This document shows, in pieces, positions 1 to 9,650 of a DNA stretch of 64,000 nt (position 1 is its first letter; each line of letters starts with the position of its first letter). The notes beneath the pieces were generated by a model. The model was not told the DNA's origin and did no database searches. It saw only the letters and a list, made by a program, of their open reading frames with translations. Made by a program: the position numbers and the translations under genes. The DNA comes from Deltaproteobacteria bacterium (GTDB lineage: Bacteria; Desulfobacterota; GWC2-55-46): assembly GCA_019912665.1 (NCBI GenBank), contig JAIOIE010000018.1, positions 751,433-815,432 on the forward strand, read 5' to 3'.

Positions 1-555
1 GACATCCTGCCTGTGATTGTTGGACTCGTGGCCCGCATCATCTATCAGGTGCAATTCTGGACGGACCGTGGCAAACGCAAGCCTATGGCTTTTGTCTGCG
101 ACGAGGCGCATCTCTATCTACCTAAGAAGGACGGACGAAACCCCGTTGAGCAGCGTGCAATCGAAAACTTTGAGAAGATCGCGAAGGAAGGCCGGAAGTA
201 TGGCGTCTCATTGCTAATTGTCAGTCAGCAGCCTTCCGATGTGAGCACAACCATACTGAGCCAATGCAACAATGTCGTCGCCTTGCGCCTAACCAACGGC
301 GACGACCAGGCCACGGTCAAGAGGTTCATGCCGGAAAGTCTTGAAGGACTGATGGACACGCTGCCCATTCTGGATGTTGGCGAGGCGCTGATTGTGGGTG
401 ACGCCGTGTTGTTACCGAGCAGAATCCGGATTCATCCCCCCAAAGAGAAGCCGCTCAGTGCGACAATTGATTTCTGGGATGAATGGAGCAAGAAGCCTGA
501 AATTCCCGACTTAACCAAGGCCATCGAGAATATGAGAAGGCAGAATAGGAGTTGA
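1..555 (+). CDS. HerA-like (DUF87) ATPase, C-terminal part; the gene continues upstream of the window
   Basis: The frame is open from nt 1. It has a Walker-B-like CDEAHLYLP motif followed by GRKYGVSLLIVSQQP...ILSQCNNVVALRL, which is typical of HerA/VirB4-type ATPases. Confidence 0.6.
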   Translation, partial: DILPVIVGLVARIIYQVQFWTDRGKRKPMAFVCDEAHLYLPKKDGRNPVEQRAIENFEKIAKEGRKYGVSLLIVSQQPSDVSTTILSQCNNVVALRLTNGDDQATVKRFMPESLEGLMDTLPILDVGEALIVGDAVLLPSRIRIHPPKEKPLSATIDFWDEWSKKPEIPDLTKAIENMRRQNRS

Positions 556-655
556 ATGGTAATTGTAATAAGACAATGACTGACGCCTTGTCCGACATAG
601 CATTACGACAACGGTGTTTATATCACTAATTTCTGAGATAGATGTGCACCAACGA

Positions 656-2866
656 CTAGTGAGCACCTATTATTTGTTTAAGCATGTACTGCGCTCCTTC
701 TAAATCCATCTTTGATGAGAGATAGTCTGCGCACATAAGATCTTCAGAGAGAAAATTATCGTATTTTGCAGAGGGTTTATTTTTGATCGTCCTTGCCAGC
801 TCCAATGCCTCTATTGATTCTTTTGCTACGTTTTTCAGATAGCCCGTGAGTTCTTCTTCGGTCGTATCAAGAACCGTTATAGCTATCCCGTCATTTTCTG
901 CTTTAATGCCGTTATTTCTAAGCAAGGCTGTTATTGTATCCATAACCTTATCCCCTCTCCAGCAAAAGAAAAGCAAATTTTTTCCATTTTGGAGTATATG
1001 CTTATTCTCCAATCCGTATCGATTGAAGTAATACCTTGCCTCTCCAAGAAGCTCCTTTGCTGTTGGATCCAGAAAAACGGGGATGTCATTTTCTGTATAG
1101 ATCTTATACATCTCCTGACGGATACTGTCATGCACCCATCCGGCTTGACCACCGAATGAAGGTGGCCGCCCACCCTTGGCTGGTATCAACTCAATTATTT
1201 TCTTTTGCTGATCGATACCAGTAACCTCCCAACGCCTGCCCCCGAATATCAAAAGTGAACCTTCGCTTAGTGGTCGGTCTATTGGCAGCGTCCCTAAAGT
1301 TTTTCCTCTTGTTATGAGTCTGTATTCCTCAGGCGTTATAAACGCAGTATAAAAAGAATAATGATTGACAATCTTCTCACCAAGTCTTCCATGCAGCAGC
1401 AGCCCATCGTTTGTCTGTGCAAGAAGGCCCTCATTCCCCATGCATCTTAAAAGCTCGATGAACTGTTTCTTATTTAGTAAATCGAATGGTCCATTATTGC
1501 AAAGTAAGTCCCAGGCCTGAGAGGCGGTAACACCTCCATATTGAGCGATGAGAGATAATATTTGTTGAATCAGGGTCGAGAGATGGAATGATTTTGCTGG
1601 CGGAGGCTCATACCATTTTAAAAGTAACAGTCTAACCATCGCAATGGATTGAACAAGATTGGCTCTTAAAGTGTCCTGGAGAGGGGTACTATTAGTAATC
1701 TCCTGCTCAGTAATATAAATTCGAAGAATCGCCGGGTCTCCGCGTCTGCCTGAACGGCCGAGACGCTGCCTCATGCTGGCAACGGATGGAGAAACGCCAA
1801 TCTGGGCTATGCTGGTAACTGAGCCTATATCGATTCCCATCTCCAAAGTAGAAGTGCATACTATACTGACGGGACGGGATTTGTCCTTTATGGCCGACTC
1901 GGCTTCTTCGCGTAATTCCTTTGATAAACTCCCATGGTGAGGCCAGAATTCATTTGGGACCCTGTTTTCCTCACACATCCCGCGTAAATTGTCAGAATAT
2001 GTCTCTACACTGGCGCGTCTATTCGCGAAAATGAGATTACTGGTGCCACGTAGGGTTTTAAAAAGCGACTCTGCAATGGAAGACTCAACGGATGAATCAT
2101 CAAAAGTATCTTCCTTTAATTCATTTGAATTTTCGTCAATCTTAATCTCTTTTTCGACATAGCCTTTTAGAAGCAATTTCAATTCCTGGCCGCTTGAACG
2201 TGAAACAATCATCCTGACATCTTTACCTTGTCCTGGCCTTAAGAATTCAGCCGCAAGCAACATATCACCTATTGTAGCGCTCAGGCCGATCCTAGGAACC
2301 CTGCGTCTTATGGCGATTTCAACGCGGTGTAGTAATGACTGCAGTTGTATGCCTCTTTCAGAACCGATGAATGAATGGAGTTCATCAACTATGACATATA
2401 AAAGTCTGCTGAAAATCCTTTTAACATCATGCCCGTAGTTTACGAATATAGCTTCAAGAGATTCGGGAGTAATAAGTAAAATTCCCGCAGGCTCTTTTAC
2501 AAAGCCCTTTTTTCTGCCAGAGCCTATGTCACCATGCCATGGATAAACTTTTATGTCGAGCTCCTTGCAAAGGTCGCTAATCCTGGAAAACTGGTCATTA
2601 ATTAGGGCTTTTAGCGGACTAATATAAAGTATAGAGGCTTCAAAGTTATCTGTTTTAAGAAGCCTTGAGCAAATTGGAAGGAATGCTGCTTCGGTCTTGC
2701 CGCTTGCCGTTGCAGCGGCTATTATTACATCTGTTTTGCCTTCCAGTATGGGTTGAATGGCCTCTTCCTGGGCTTCGCGCAGCTCTGTCCAGCCTTGCTG
2801 CCATATCCATCGCTGAATCTTCTCGTCAAGAAGATAGAACGCTTTTGTCTGCTCGATGTTTTCCAT
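656..2866 (-). CDS. Superfamily-2 DEAD/DEAH-box helicase, SngC-like, with a C-terminal extension
   Basis: Motif I AATASGKTEAAFLP, motif II DELH, motif III SAT, and motif VI QRLGRSGRRG are all present. It is the third gene of a TerB-ATPase-helicase operon. Its ATG shares one nucleotide with the upstream stop (TGATG). Confidence 0.75.
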   Translation of the reverse strand: MENIEQTKAFYLLDEKIQRWIWQQGWTELREAQEEAIQPILEGKTDVIIAAATASGKTEAAFLPICSRLLKTDNFEASILYISPLKALINDQFSRISDLCKELDIKVYPWHGDIGSGRKKGFVKEPAGILLITPESLEAIFVNYGHDVKRIFSRLLYVIVDELHSFIGSERGIQLQSLLHRVEIAIRRRVPRIGLSATIGDMLLAAEFLRPGQGKDVRMIVSRSSGQELKLLLKGYVEKEIKIDENSNELKEDTFDDSSVESSIAESLFKTLRGTSNLIFANRRASVETYSDNLRGMCEENRVPNEFWPHHGSLSKELREEAESAIKDKSRPVSIVCTSTLEMGIDIGSVTSIAQIGVSPSVASMRQRLGRSGRRGDPAILRIYITEQEITNSTPLQDTLRANLVQSIAMVRLLLLKWYEPPPAKSFHLSTLIQQILSLIAQYGGVTASQAWDLLCNNGPFDLLNKKQFIELLRCMGNEGLLAQTNDGLLLHGRLGEKIVNHYSFYTAFITPEEYRLITRGKTLGTLPIDRPLSEGSLLIFGGRRWEVTGIDQQKKIIELIPAKGGRPPSFGGQAGWVHDSIRQEMYKIYTENDIPVFLDPTAKELLGEARYYFNRYGLENKHILQNGKNLLFFCWRGDKVMDTITALLRNNGIKAENDGIAITVLDTTEEELTGYLKNVAKESIEALELARTIKNKPSAKYDNFLSEDLMCADYLSSKMDLEGAQYMLKQIIGAH

Positions 2867-3451
2867 CAAAGTTTGAACTTGGCGAGATCATCATCTCTAT
2901 TGTCTATTTTGGTCAAATCAGCGGTGGTTTCAGGATTTTCTGATTCCTCTTCAAAAAAACTAAGGTCCGGCATTGTATCAGGGCGAATCTCTACTGTGCC
3001 AAGCAGGTCTTGCCATTTTGCATCTCTATTTTGTTCTAAAACAGCTAATAGATTGATGAACGAAGTGATCGTGGTGCGAGGTGTGCGGAAATAGGCGTCT
3101 CCGATGCGTTTTGAGCAGTGCTCCATGAACGCCTTAAGGCCTTCATCGGGGAGAAGATATGCCGAAATGTCGCCAAATGCGAACACATGTCTGAGTTTCC
3201 CTGTCAGTATATAGAAGTCCTCTTGGGTCAAGTTGTCGAGTCTTAATACCGGGCCGCTGTAATCGGTGAGGCCCTTGACCGCAAAGGTATTTTCAGCAAG
3301 CCTGCTCTGAAGAGCCTGATAACTGTAGAGGCCCCTCCTCGTATCCATCAAAAATTCAGGGGTTCCGCCCATGATTATACCAAGACTGGCCGCAGTTCCT
3401 TGCAGGCAGTCATTCAATATGCGCAGTATCTGTTCATAATTCGAGTTCCTT
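2866..3451 (-). pseudogene. C-terminal ~195 codons of the Shango-like ATPase (sngB-like), cut off by the IS insertion
   Basis: The reading frame is open from the IS boundary at 3451 to the stop at 2866-2868. It is in frame with the 4665..5429 piece once the IS and one copy of the duplication are removed. Confidence 0.65.
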
Positions 3452-3529
3452 GGACCTGCCCCCCGTAAACTGTGCCACTTGTAATTAGAATGGGGTCGTA
3501 ATAAAACATTCTAAACAAGGAGGCTGGGT

Positions 3530-3796
3530 ATGAAGAAGAGCCGGTACACGGAGGAGCAGATTGTAGGGATTTTGAAGGAGGGGGAGGCCGGTATCGCGGT
3601 GTCTGACCTGTGCCGCAAGTACGGGATGAGCGACGCCACCTACTACAACTGGAAGGCCAAGTACGGCGGCATGGCAATAAGCGATGTCCGGCGTCTCAAG
3701 GCGCTTGAGGACGAGAACAGGCGCCTTAAGCATCTGGTTGCCGACCTCACGCTCGATAACCAGGCTCTGAAGGCTGTCGTTGCAAAAAACTTCTAA
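3530..3796 (+). CDS. IS3-family transposase OrfA (HTH)
   Basis: Residues YTEEQIVGILKEGEAG...LCRKYGMSDATYYNWKAKYGG and a leucine zipper are present. A slippery A_AAA_AAC heptamer sits at 3784-3790. Confidence 0.85.
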   Translation: MKKSRYTEEQIVGILKEGEAGIAVSDLCRKYGMSDATYYNWKAKYGGMAISDVRRLKALEDENRRLKHLVADLTLDNQALKAVVAKNF

Positions 3797-4632
3797 AGCC
3801 CAAGGCGCGGCGGGCAGCGGCTCAGTTTGTCGTTGAAAGCTTTGGGCTGAGTCAAAGGCGAGCAAGCGTCCTGACCGGGATAGGCAGGAGCACCTACAGA
3901 TACCAGCCGCAACCTGATCAGGATGAACAGATTCGCAAGAGGATGAAAGAGCTTGCCGATTTAAAGAAGCGCTTTGGGTGCCGGAGGCTACACTTATTTC
4001 TCAAGCGCGAAGGGCTTGTTGTCAATCATAAGCGCACGGAGCGGATATACAGAGAAGAACGTCTCTCACTGCGGATCCGTAAGCGTAAAAAGAGAGCCGC
4101 TCAGGTAAGGGTTGAGTTGCCGAAGGCGACGCGTCCCAATGAGCTCTGGGCCATGGATTTCGTGCAGGACACCATGCATAACGGTAGGAAGTTCCGGCTG
4201 CTTACCATGCTGGACACGTTTACAAAAGAAAGCCTCAAGATCGAGATTGATACGTCGATTGGCGGCAAACGGGTTGCCGCTGTTTTAACCGAGGTAGGGT
4301 CTGTACGCGGGCTTCCTGAGAGCATAGTGGTTGACAACGGCCCTGAGTTCATAAGCAATGCTCTGGATGCATGGGCCTACACGCAGAAGGTGAAGCTGCA
4401 CTTCACCCGTCCAGGCAAACCCGTTGACAACGCCTATATTGAGAGCTTCAATGGAAGGCTCAGGGACGAATGCCTCAACCAGCACTGGTTTCTTTCACTT
4501 GATCATGCACGCAGGATTGTTAATGAATGGCGCAGGGACTATAACGAGGATAGGCCGCACAGTTCACTCGGAAACCTTTCTCCGAATGAATTCGCAAGGC
4601 TTCAACAGGAGAAAATGGCTGCATTAGTCTAA
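3790..4632 (+). CDS. IS3-family transposase OrfB (DDE integrase core), produced as an OrfAB fusion by a -1 frameshift
   Basis: The -1 frame from the slippery site reads KKLLKPKARRAAAQFVV...STYRYQP and continues into WAMDFVQD...DNGPEFIS...HSSLGNLSPNEF, an rve-like core. Confidence 0.8.
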   Translation, partial: LLKPKARRAAAQFVVESFGLSQRRASVLTGIGRSTYRYQPQPDQDEQIRKRMKELADLKKRFGCRRLHLFLKREGLVVNHKRTERIYREERLSLRIRKRKKRAAQVRVELPKATRPNELWAMDFVQDTMHNGRKFRLLTMLDTFTKESLKIEIDTSIGGKRVAAVLTEVGSVRGLPESIVVDNGPEFISNALDAWAYTQKVKLHFTRPGKPVDNAYIESFNGRLRDECLNQHWFLSLDHARRIVNEWRRDYNEDRPHSSLGNLSPNEFARLQQEKMAALV

Positions 4633-4664
4633 TTACGAATGGCATTATAGATGGGGGCAGGTCC

Positions 4665-5429
4665 CCTTGCCTGTGTGTTTGACAGCTTATAAAGATTTAC
4701 AAGCTCATCAATGCATACAAGAAGACCTTCGAATCCGGCAAGTCTTACGAATCTCGCCATAAGTTTGAGATGGTCATATACTGTAGCATCATCTATTATT
4801 GTCCTTACTCCAAGGGCGGTTCTGGCTTCGGTTTTAGTGGAAAACTCGGCCCTCAGCCAGCGTATTGCATCCGATTTAAGCTGCTCGTTCCCCTGGTCAT
4901 GCCCTTTCCAATATTCGGCAATGACATGGGCGAAGTCATAACCGCCTACCATCTCAGTGAGCTCTGCGAGACGTTCATGTATGATTATTTCAGGCCCTTT
5001 GCCTGTCGAGCGAGCCTCTTTCAAAGACTCGGTTACGAACCTCTCGACGATGCTTTGGAGGGCTCCACCTTCCGGTTTTGATCTTGTGGCGATATTACGC
5101 ATTAGTTCAGCGTATAACGAGCGAGCCTTGCCGCCTGTCGCATGAATGCGCCTGTCAGGGGTCAAGTCGGCGTGGACTGTTACGAGACGCTTTTCAAGGG
5201 CGATAGCCCTTATTAAATTCAGAAAAAATGTTTTTCCCGAGCCGTATTCACCAATAACAAATCTTATCGTAGACCCTTTATCGGCTATCCTGTTTATATC
5301 GTTCAGGAGGGCTTCGACCTCTTTAACACGACCTACTTGTATCAGGTGCTGTCCAAGACGCGGCACAACCCCGGCCCTTAGAGACTGAATTATGGCGTCA
5401 CGTTCCCTTTGACGTATTTTCATCTGCAA
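4665..5429 (-). pseudogene. N-terminal ~255 codons of the Shango-like P-loop ATPase (sngB-like); the reading frame runs into the IS inverted repeat
   Basis: Walker A GEYGSGKTF and Walker B LLVCIDE are present. The predicted ORF ends with IS-encoded residues RGPAPIYNAIRN. Confidence 0.65.
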
Positions 5430-7740
5430 TCTCCCTGGCTATTGTTGGATTAATCTCGATAGGGTCTTCGCCTTCAAAGAAAGGTTCCCCGTAGGTTTCA
5501 TAAGAAGCGTCATTGATGCTATCAAGAGCACCGTCAAGCATTAGATTCATTGTTGCAGCAATTTTCTCAAGTTCTTCTCTCGACCATGTATCTTTTCCGG
5601 CAAGTTTTAACATGAGTCTGGAATTTTCTACATCAAGTCCGGCCACCGTCTTTTCTTTTATATTTTTGGAAGTCTCAACCCGAGCGGTAGAAGAGGCTTC
5701 CTCATCTTCCTCGACAAAGATATTACTCAAGAGCGCAGAAACGGCGGCTGTCTCGGCAAGCTTTGCTTCGATGGTTTCCATATCAAGGGAAACAGCGGCT
5801 TTTTTCTCAGGGGCTGACGGCAAAGCGTACTTCTTTTCCGCAGATTCCTTTGGTTTTACAGTTACAGGTTCTATAGCAGCCTTATGAGCGTGGCTGTACA
5901 GGTCCTGGGCGTTGAGCCCCAATAAATTATAGATTTTACTCAATAACTTTATTTCGTTCGGGTCTATGCTTCCGTCACTCTGGGCTATACCCACCAAAAA
6001 TCTTCCAATGGTCTCGCGTTCATTTGCATCCAGAGGTTCTATCCGCTTTTTAATTCCCGTAATGCCAGGAGGCGCTGCGAGCAGACATTTGGTATAAGCT
6101 TTCAGTCTCACCTTTTCATCCATGCTCAAATGCAATAAGGATTCAAGGTGCTCTTCCAGATGTTTTTCCTCATCAACAGAGATGCTCCCATCAGCATTTG
6201 CCACCGCAGCCGACAGGTGAAGAATGCTTGCGGCAGCAAGGTACTCGGAAGTTGGCGCATTGGCGGAATCTTTCTGTACTCTAAACAGGACTGCTTTTTG
6301 TTCTGGTTTCGGCAAAGAGCTACCGAATCTTACGTCGGGTTCGATGCCTATGCCTATCTTCGAAAGTAGCTGGGCTAAAGCTACCGATTCACGCTTTGTA
6401 AATTTTTCAGTAGCAAAAGAAGGGAAAAGGCCGATAATGGTTTTTAAATCAAATATTGCGGTTTCTTGCGGTAGATTTTTATCAAGCCAGTCAAAGATGT
6501 TTTTCAACTCCTCGCTTTGATGTTTGTCTAATAGACAGTCCGGCAATAAAGCGAGCGCCTCATGCGAACTTTTTTCATCAGGATATCTTCCTATAAAGCG
6601 GCTATATGCATCCAATTCATCGACGCAAGAGTTGGCGATCTCACGCAATCTTTTAATAGGTCCGGTAACGGCTGTAACATCAGGCAGGTCGGTTTTTATT
6701 TCATATTCTTCCGCCCCAGACAATCCCGAACTCGCTGGATGATAGCCGATCTTGAGCTTTGTCTTGTTAGGTTTAAGTTTCAGTCCATCCCCAATTTCGT
6801 CTGAATAGCGAATGAGGAACAATCTCCTGAACTCTTCTTTACAACGATATGCTGGCGTCCTTAGTCTGTTTTCAGGGTCGTTTTCAACCCATGCCAGAGC
6901 CCAGTCCGCTGGCAGTGGCATGCCATCTATGGCGAGTTGCCCAAGACCAATCTTAAAACTTGTATAGTCTAATTCAATGTCTAAGTTAATAGGGTTCTTG
7001 TAAAATTTTGTTTTTAAACCTCTGGCTTGTGCAAAGCTCAGAAGCCCTGTAGCATATCTGTTAAACGAAGCATTATGGCCGTAAATTGAAAGAAGCCGGC
7101 TAATTTCGGCTGCTATAAGGTCGGCTTCTTTTCTAGCAGATTCGCTTTTTTCAAAATCAGACAGCAGGCGGCGCTCCAGGCCATAGTAATAAAGGAAGAC
7201 GTAGCCGATATTTATATCAGGATTCTTCTTGCCATTTGCAAGCCATTCAAGGTAAGCACTGCGAGATTGAGTCGTTATTTCTGAATAAGAAGGCCAATAT
7301 CTTAAATCCCGTCCCTCTTTATCAGGTGATCCTTTATCTACTGGCAAATCAGGATTGATTAGAGCCGGCTCAACACCCCATTTTGCAACGCTCTTCAACC
7401 CTGTTCCGAAATAAAGCAAACCTTCTTTTATTTTATAGCCCTTAACATCGACATACATGCCTGCCGGAGTCCATACGGAATCTGGCGAGACATCCTGTGA
7501 GAAATTAGTTGATCTTTCGGCAGGGGTATAACTCGTAGAAACTGTTATGGTAAAAGAAGGTTCGGCCTCATGCTGGCGCTCCCATATTGGGTCTTGAAGT
7601 GTATTTGATGCTTTGTGGGTTGAAGGGGCTCCGTTGTTATAGGTTGTCTTAGATTGATTCGGCTTTTTATTTCTAAGAAGGAGAGACCAAATAAGAATCC
7701 CGAATACTATCGCAACTATGACAATAAAAATAAATTCCAT
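5398..7740 (-). CDS. TerB-domain protein (SngA-like) with an N-terminal transmembrane helix
   Basis: The C-terminal region AVANADGSISVDEEKHLEEHL...GIAQSDGSIDPNEIKLLSKIYNLLGL is a TerB-like tellurite-resistance fold. The N-terminus MEFIFIVIVAIVFGILIWSLLL is hydrophobic. It is the first gene of the triad. Confidence 0.7.
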   Translation of the reverse strand: MEFIFIVIVAIVFGILIWSLLLRNKKPNQSKTTYNNGAPSTHKASNTLQDPIWERQHEAEPSFTITVSTSYTPAERSTNFSQDVSPDSVWTPAGMYVDVKGYKIKEGLLYFGTGLKSVAKWGVEPALINPDLPVDKGSPDKEGRDLRYWPSYSEITTQSRSAYLEWLANGKKNPDINIGYVFLYYYGLERRLLSDFEKSESARKEADLIAAEISRLLSIYGHNASFNRYATGLLSFAQARGLKTKFYKNPINLDIELDYTSFKIGLGQLAIDGMPLPADWALAWVENDPENRLRTPAYRCKEEFRRLFLIRYSDEIGDGLKLKPNKTKLKIGYHPASSGLSGAEEYEIKTDLPDVTAVTGPIKRLREIANSCVDELDAYSRFIGRYPDEKSSHEALALLPDCLLDKHQSEELKNIFDWLDKNLPQETAIFDLKTIIGLFPSFATEKFTKRESVALAQLLSKIGIGIEPDVRFGSSLPKPEQKAVLFRVQKDSANAPTSEYLAAASILHLSAAVANADGSISVDEEKHLEEHLESLLHLSMDEKVRLKAYTKCLLAAPPGITGIKKRIEPLDANERETIGRFLVGIAQSDGSIDPNEIKLLSKIYNLLGLNAQDLYSHAHKAAIEPVTVKPKESAEKKYALPSAPEKKAAVSLDMETIEAKLAETAAVSALLSNIFVEEDEEASSTARVETSKNIKEKTVAGLDVENSRLMLKLAGKDTWSREELEKIAATMNLMLDGALDSINDASYETYGEPFFEGEDPIEINPTIAREIADENTSKGT

Positions 7741-8100
7741 ATTTACGCGATTTGAATTCCATGTTTGATTTTATCAAAATAATTACAATTTTTATGTGTT
7801 TTGTCAAATTAAAATCAGAAGGCAAGGCCTAAATCTAAATTACTCTTTTTATTACCCTCTTATGAGCCTTATTGCCCTTTCTTCATCCCGATCTGAAGCA
7901 TTCAATTATTCATTATCTTTTGAAGGTCCTCTGCTCATTAGACGATAATATCTCCGGTTCTTACAGGTATGAGCCGTTCCGGTATCTGGCAGTATAAATT
8001 TATCCGTTAAGACATCAACTGCTGCCCTTTTTGTCTTGCCCTTTTCCTTTAAAATTTATATATTTAAAATGTATTAAACCGTTAATTAAGGAAGATTTTC
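7741..8100. promoter_or_regulatory. AT-rich divergent intergenic region between the TerB operon and hsdM, a probable promoter region
   Basis: 360 bp with no ORF and very AT-rich. An RBS AAGGAAG precedes the hsdM ATG. Confidence 0.3.
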
Positions 8101-9650
8101 ATGGCACGTCAGACAAAAGACAAAAAGACCCCCAACGGCGGCAATCTCGGCTTTGAGGAAAAGCTCTGGCAGGCCGCTGACAAGATGCGCGGCCATATGG
8201 ATGCTTCGGAATACAAGCATGTAGTCCTCGGCCTCATCTTCCTTAAATACATATCAGACGCCTTCGAAGAGAAGCATCAGAAGCTTATGGAAGATAAATT
8301 TGCCGACCCTGAAGACCGCGACGAATACACCGCTGATAATATCTTCTGGGTTCCGAAGGGTGCCCGCTGGTCTTATCTGCAGGCGAACGCCAAACAACCA
8401 ACTATCGGCAAGCTCGTTGACGATGCGATGGTTGCCATTGAAAAGGAAAACTCCCAGCTTAAAGGAGTCCTCCCCAAAGACTACGCACGCCCGACCCTTG
8501 ATAAACATACCCTAGGCGAACTCATCGATTTAATCGGCACTATCGGCCTTGGCGATGCTGAGAGCCGCTCAAAAGACATACTTGGGCGTGTATATGAATA
8601 CTTCCTTGGACGCTTTGCCGCAGTTGAAGGTAAAAGTGGTGGCGAGTTTTACACTCCTCAGTCCGTCGTAAAAATACTGGTAGAGATGATAGAGCCTTAT
8701 AAGGGTCGTGTCTTTGACCCATGTTGCGGTTCGGGCGGTATGTTTGTTCAATCGGAAAAGTTCGTCGAGGCCCACGGGGGCAGGAAGGGGGATATCTCCA
8801 TCTACGGACAGGAGTCAAACCCCACGACATGGCGTCTGTGCAAGATGAATCTTGCGATAAGAGGCATTGACGGCAATATCGGGCCTCACCATGCGGACAG
8901 CTTCAGGCAGGATATCCATAAAGACCTTAAGGCGGACTTTATCCTTGCAAATCCTCCCTTTAACATAAGTGACTGGAAAGGCGAGCTCCTGATGTCAGAT
9001 GGAAATACGGCGCTCCTCCCGTGGGCAACGCGAACTTTGCCTGGGTTCAGCACTTTATCTACCATCTTTCCCCAAGTGGTGTGGCCGGTTTTGTTCTTGC
9101 GAACGGGTCCATGAGTTCAAATACAAGCGGCGAAGGCGAGATACGAAAGAACATAATCGAAGCCGACTTGGTAGATTGCATGATAGCTCTACCCGGACAG
9201 CTCTTCTATACAACGCCGATTCCTGTGTGCCTCTGGTTTGTAGCCCGTAGTAAGAAAAACGGCAAGTTCCGTGACAGGCGCGGCCAGACGCTCTTTATCG
9301 ATGCCCGAAAAATGGGCTATTTGATAGACAGAACACACAGGGAATTGTCCGATGAAGAGATTCAACGGATAGGTAAGACCTACCATGCCTGGCGAGGTGA
9401 AAAGGAAGCCGGAAAGTATGAAGATATCCCCGGCTTTTGCAAAAGCGCCACAATCGAGGAGATACATAGTCACGGTCACGTCCTCACGCCAGGCAGATAC
9501 GTCGGAGCCGAAGAGGTAGAGGATGACGGCGAGCCGTTTGAAGAGAAGATGAAGCGCCTTACCGCAAAGCTGAGCGCGCAGTTTAAGGAATCGGAGGGGC
9601 TGGAAAAGATTATAAAGGCGAACCTGAAGAGACTGGGGTATGGCGGATAA
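8101..9650 (+). pseudogene. hsdM: Type I R-M methyltransferase subunit HsdM, with a -1 frameshift near 8985-9025
   Basis: NPPFNISDW is in frame 1 up to GELL. The canonical continuation [26 protein letters not shown] is in frame 0. Two overlapping ORFs (8101-9114 and 9021-9650) together make one HsdM. Confidence 0.8.

Larger units (their letters stand above)
3452..4664 (+). mobile_element. IS3-family insertion sequence (1213 bp) with ~38-bp imperfect inverted repeats and a 4-bp CCTT target duplication
   Basis: Left end GGACCTGCCCCCCGTAAACTGTGCCACTTGTAATTAGA matches the reverse complement of the right end GGACCTGCCCCCAT...CGTAATTAGA. Flanking CCTT is found at 3448-3451 and at 4665-4668. The element carries orfA/orfB transposase genes. 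Confidence 0.85.

Noticed and set aside
3414-3865. Minus-strand ORFs (87 and 126 codons) across the IS left end
   Set aside because: They are antisense to the transposase orfA and to the IS inverted repeat, so they are artefacts of the open high-GC frame.
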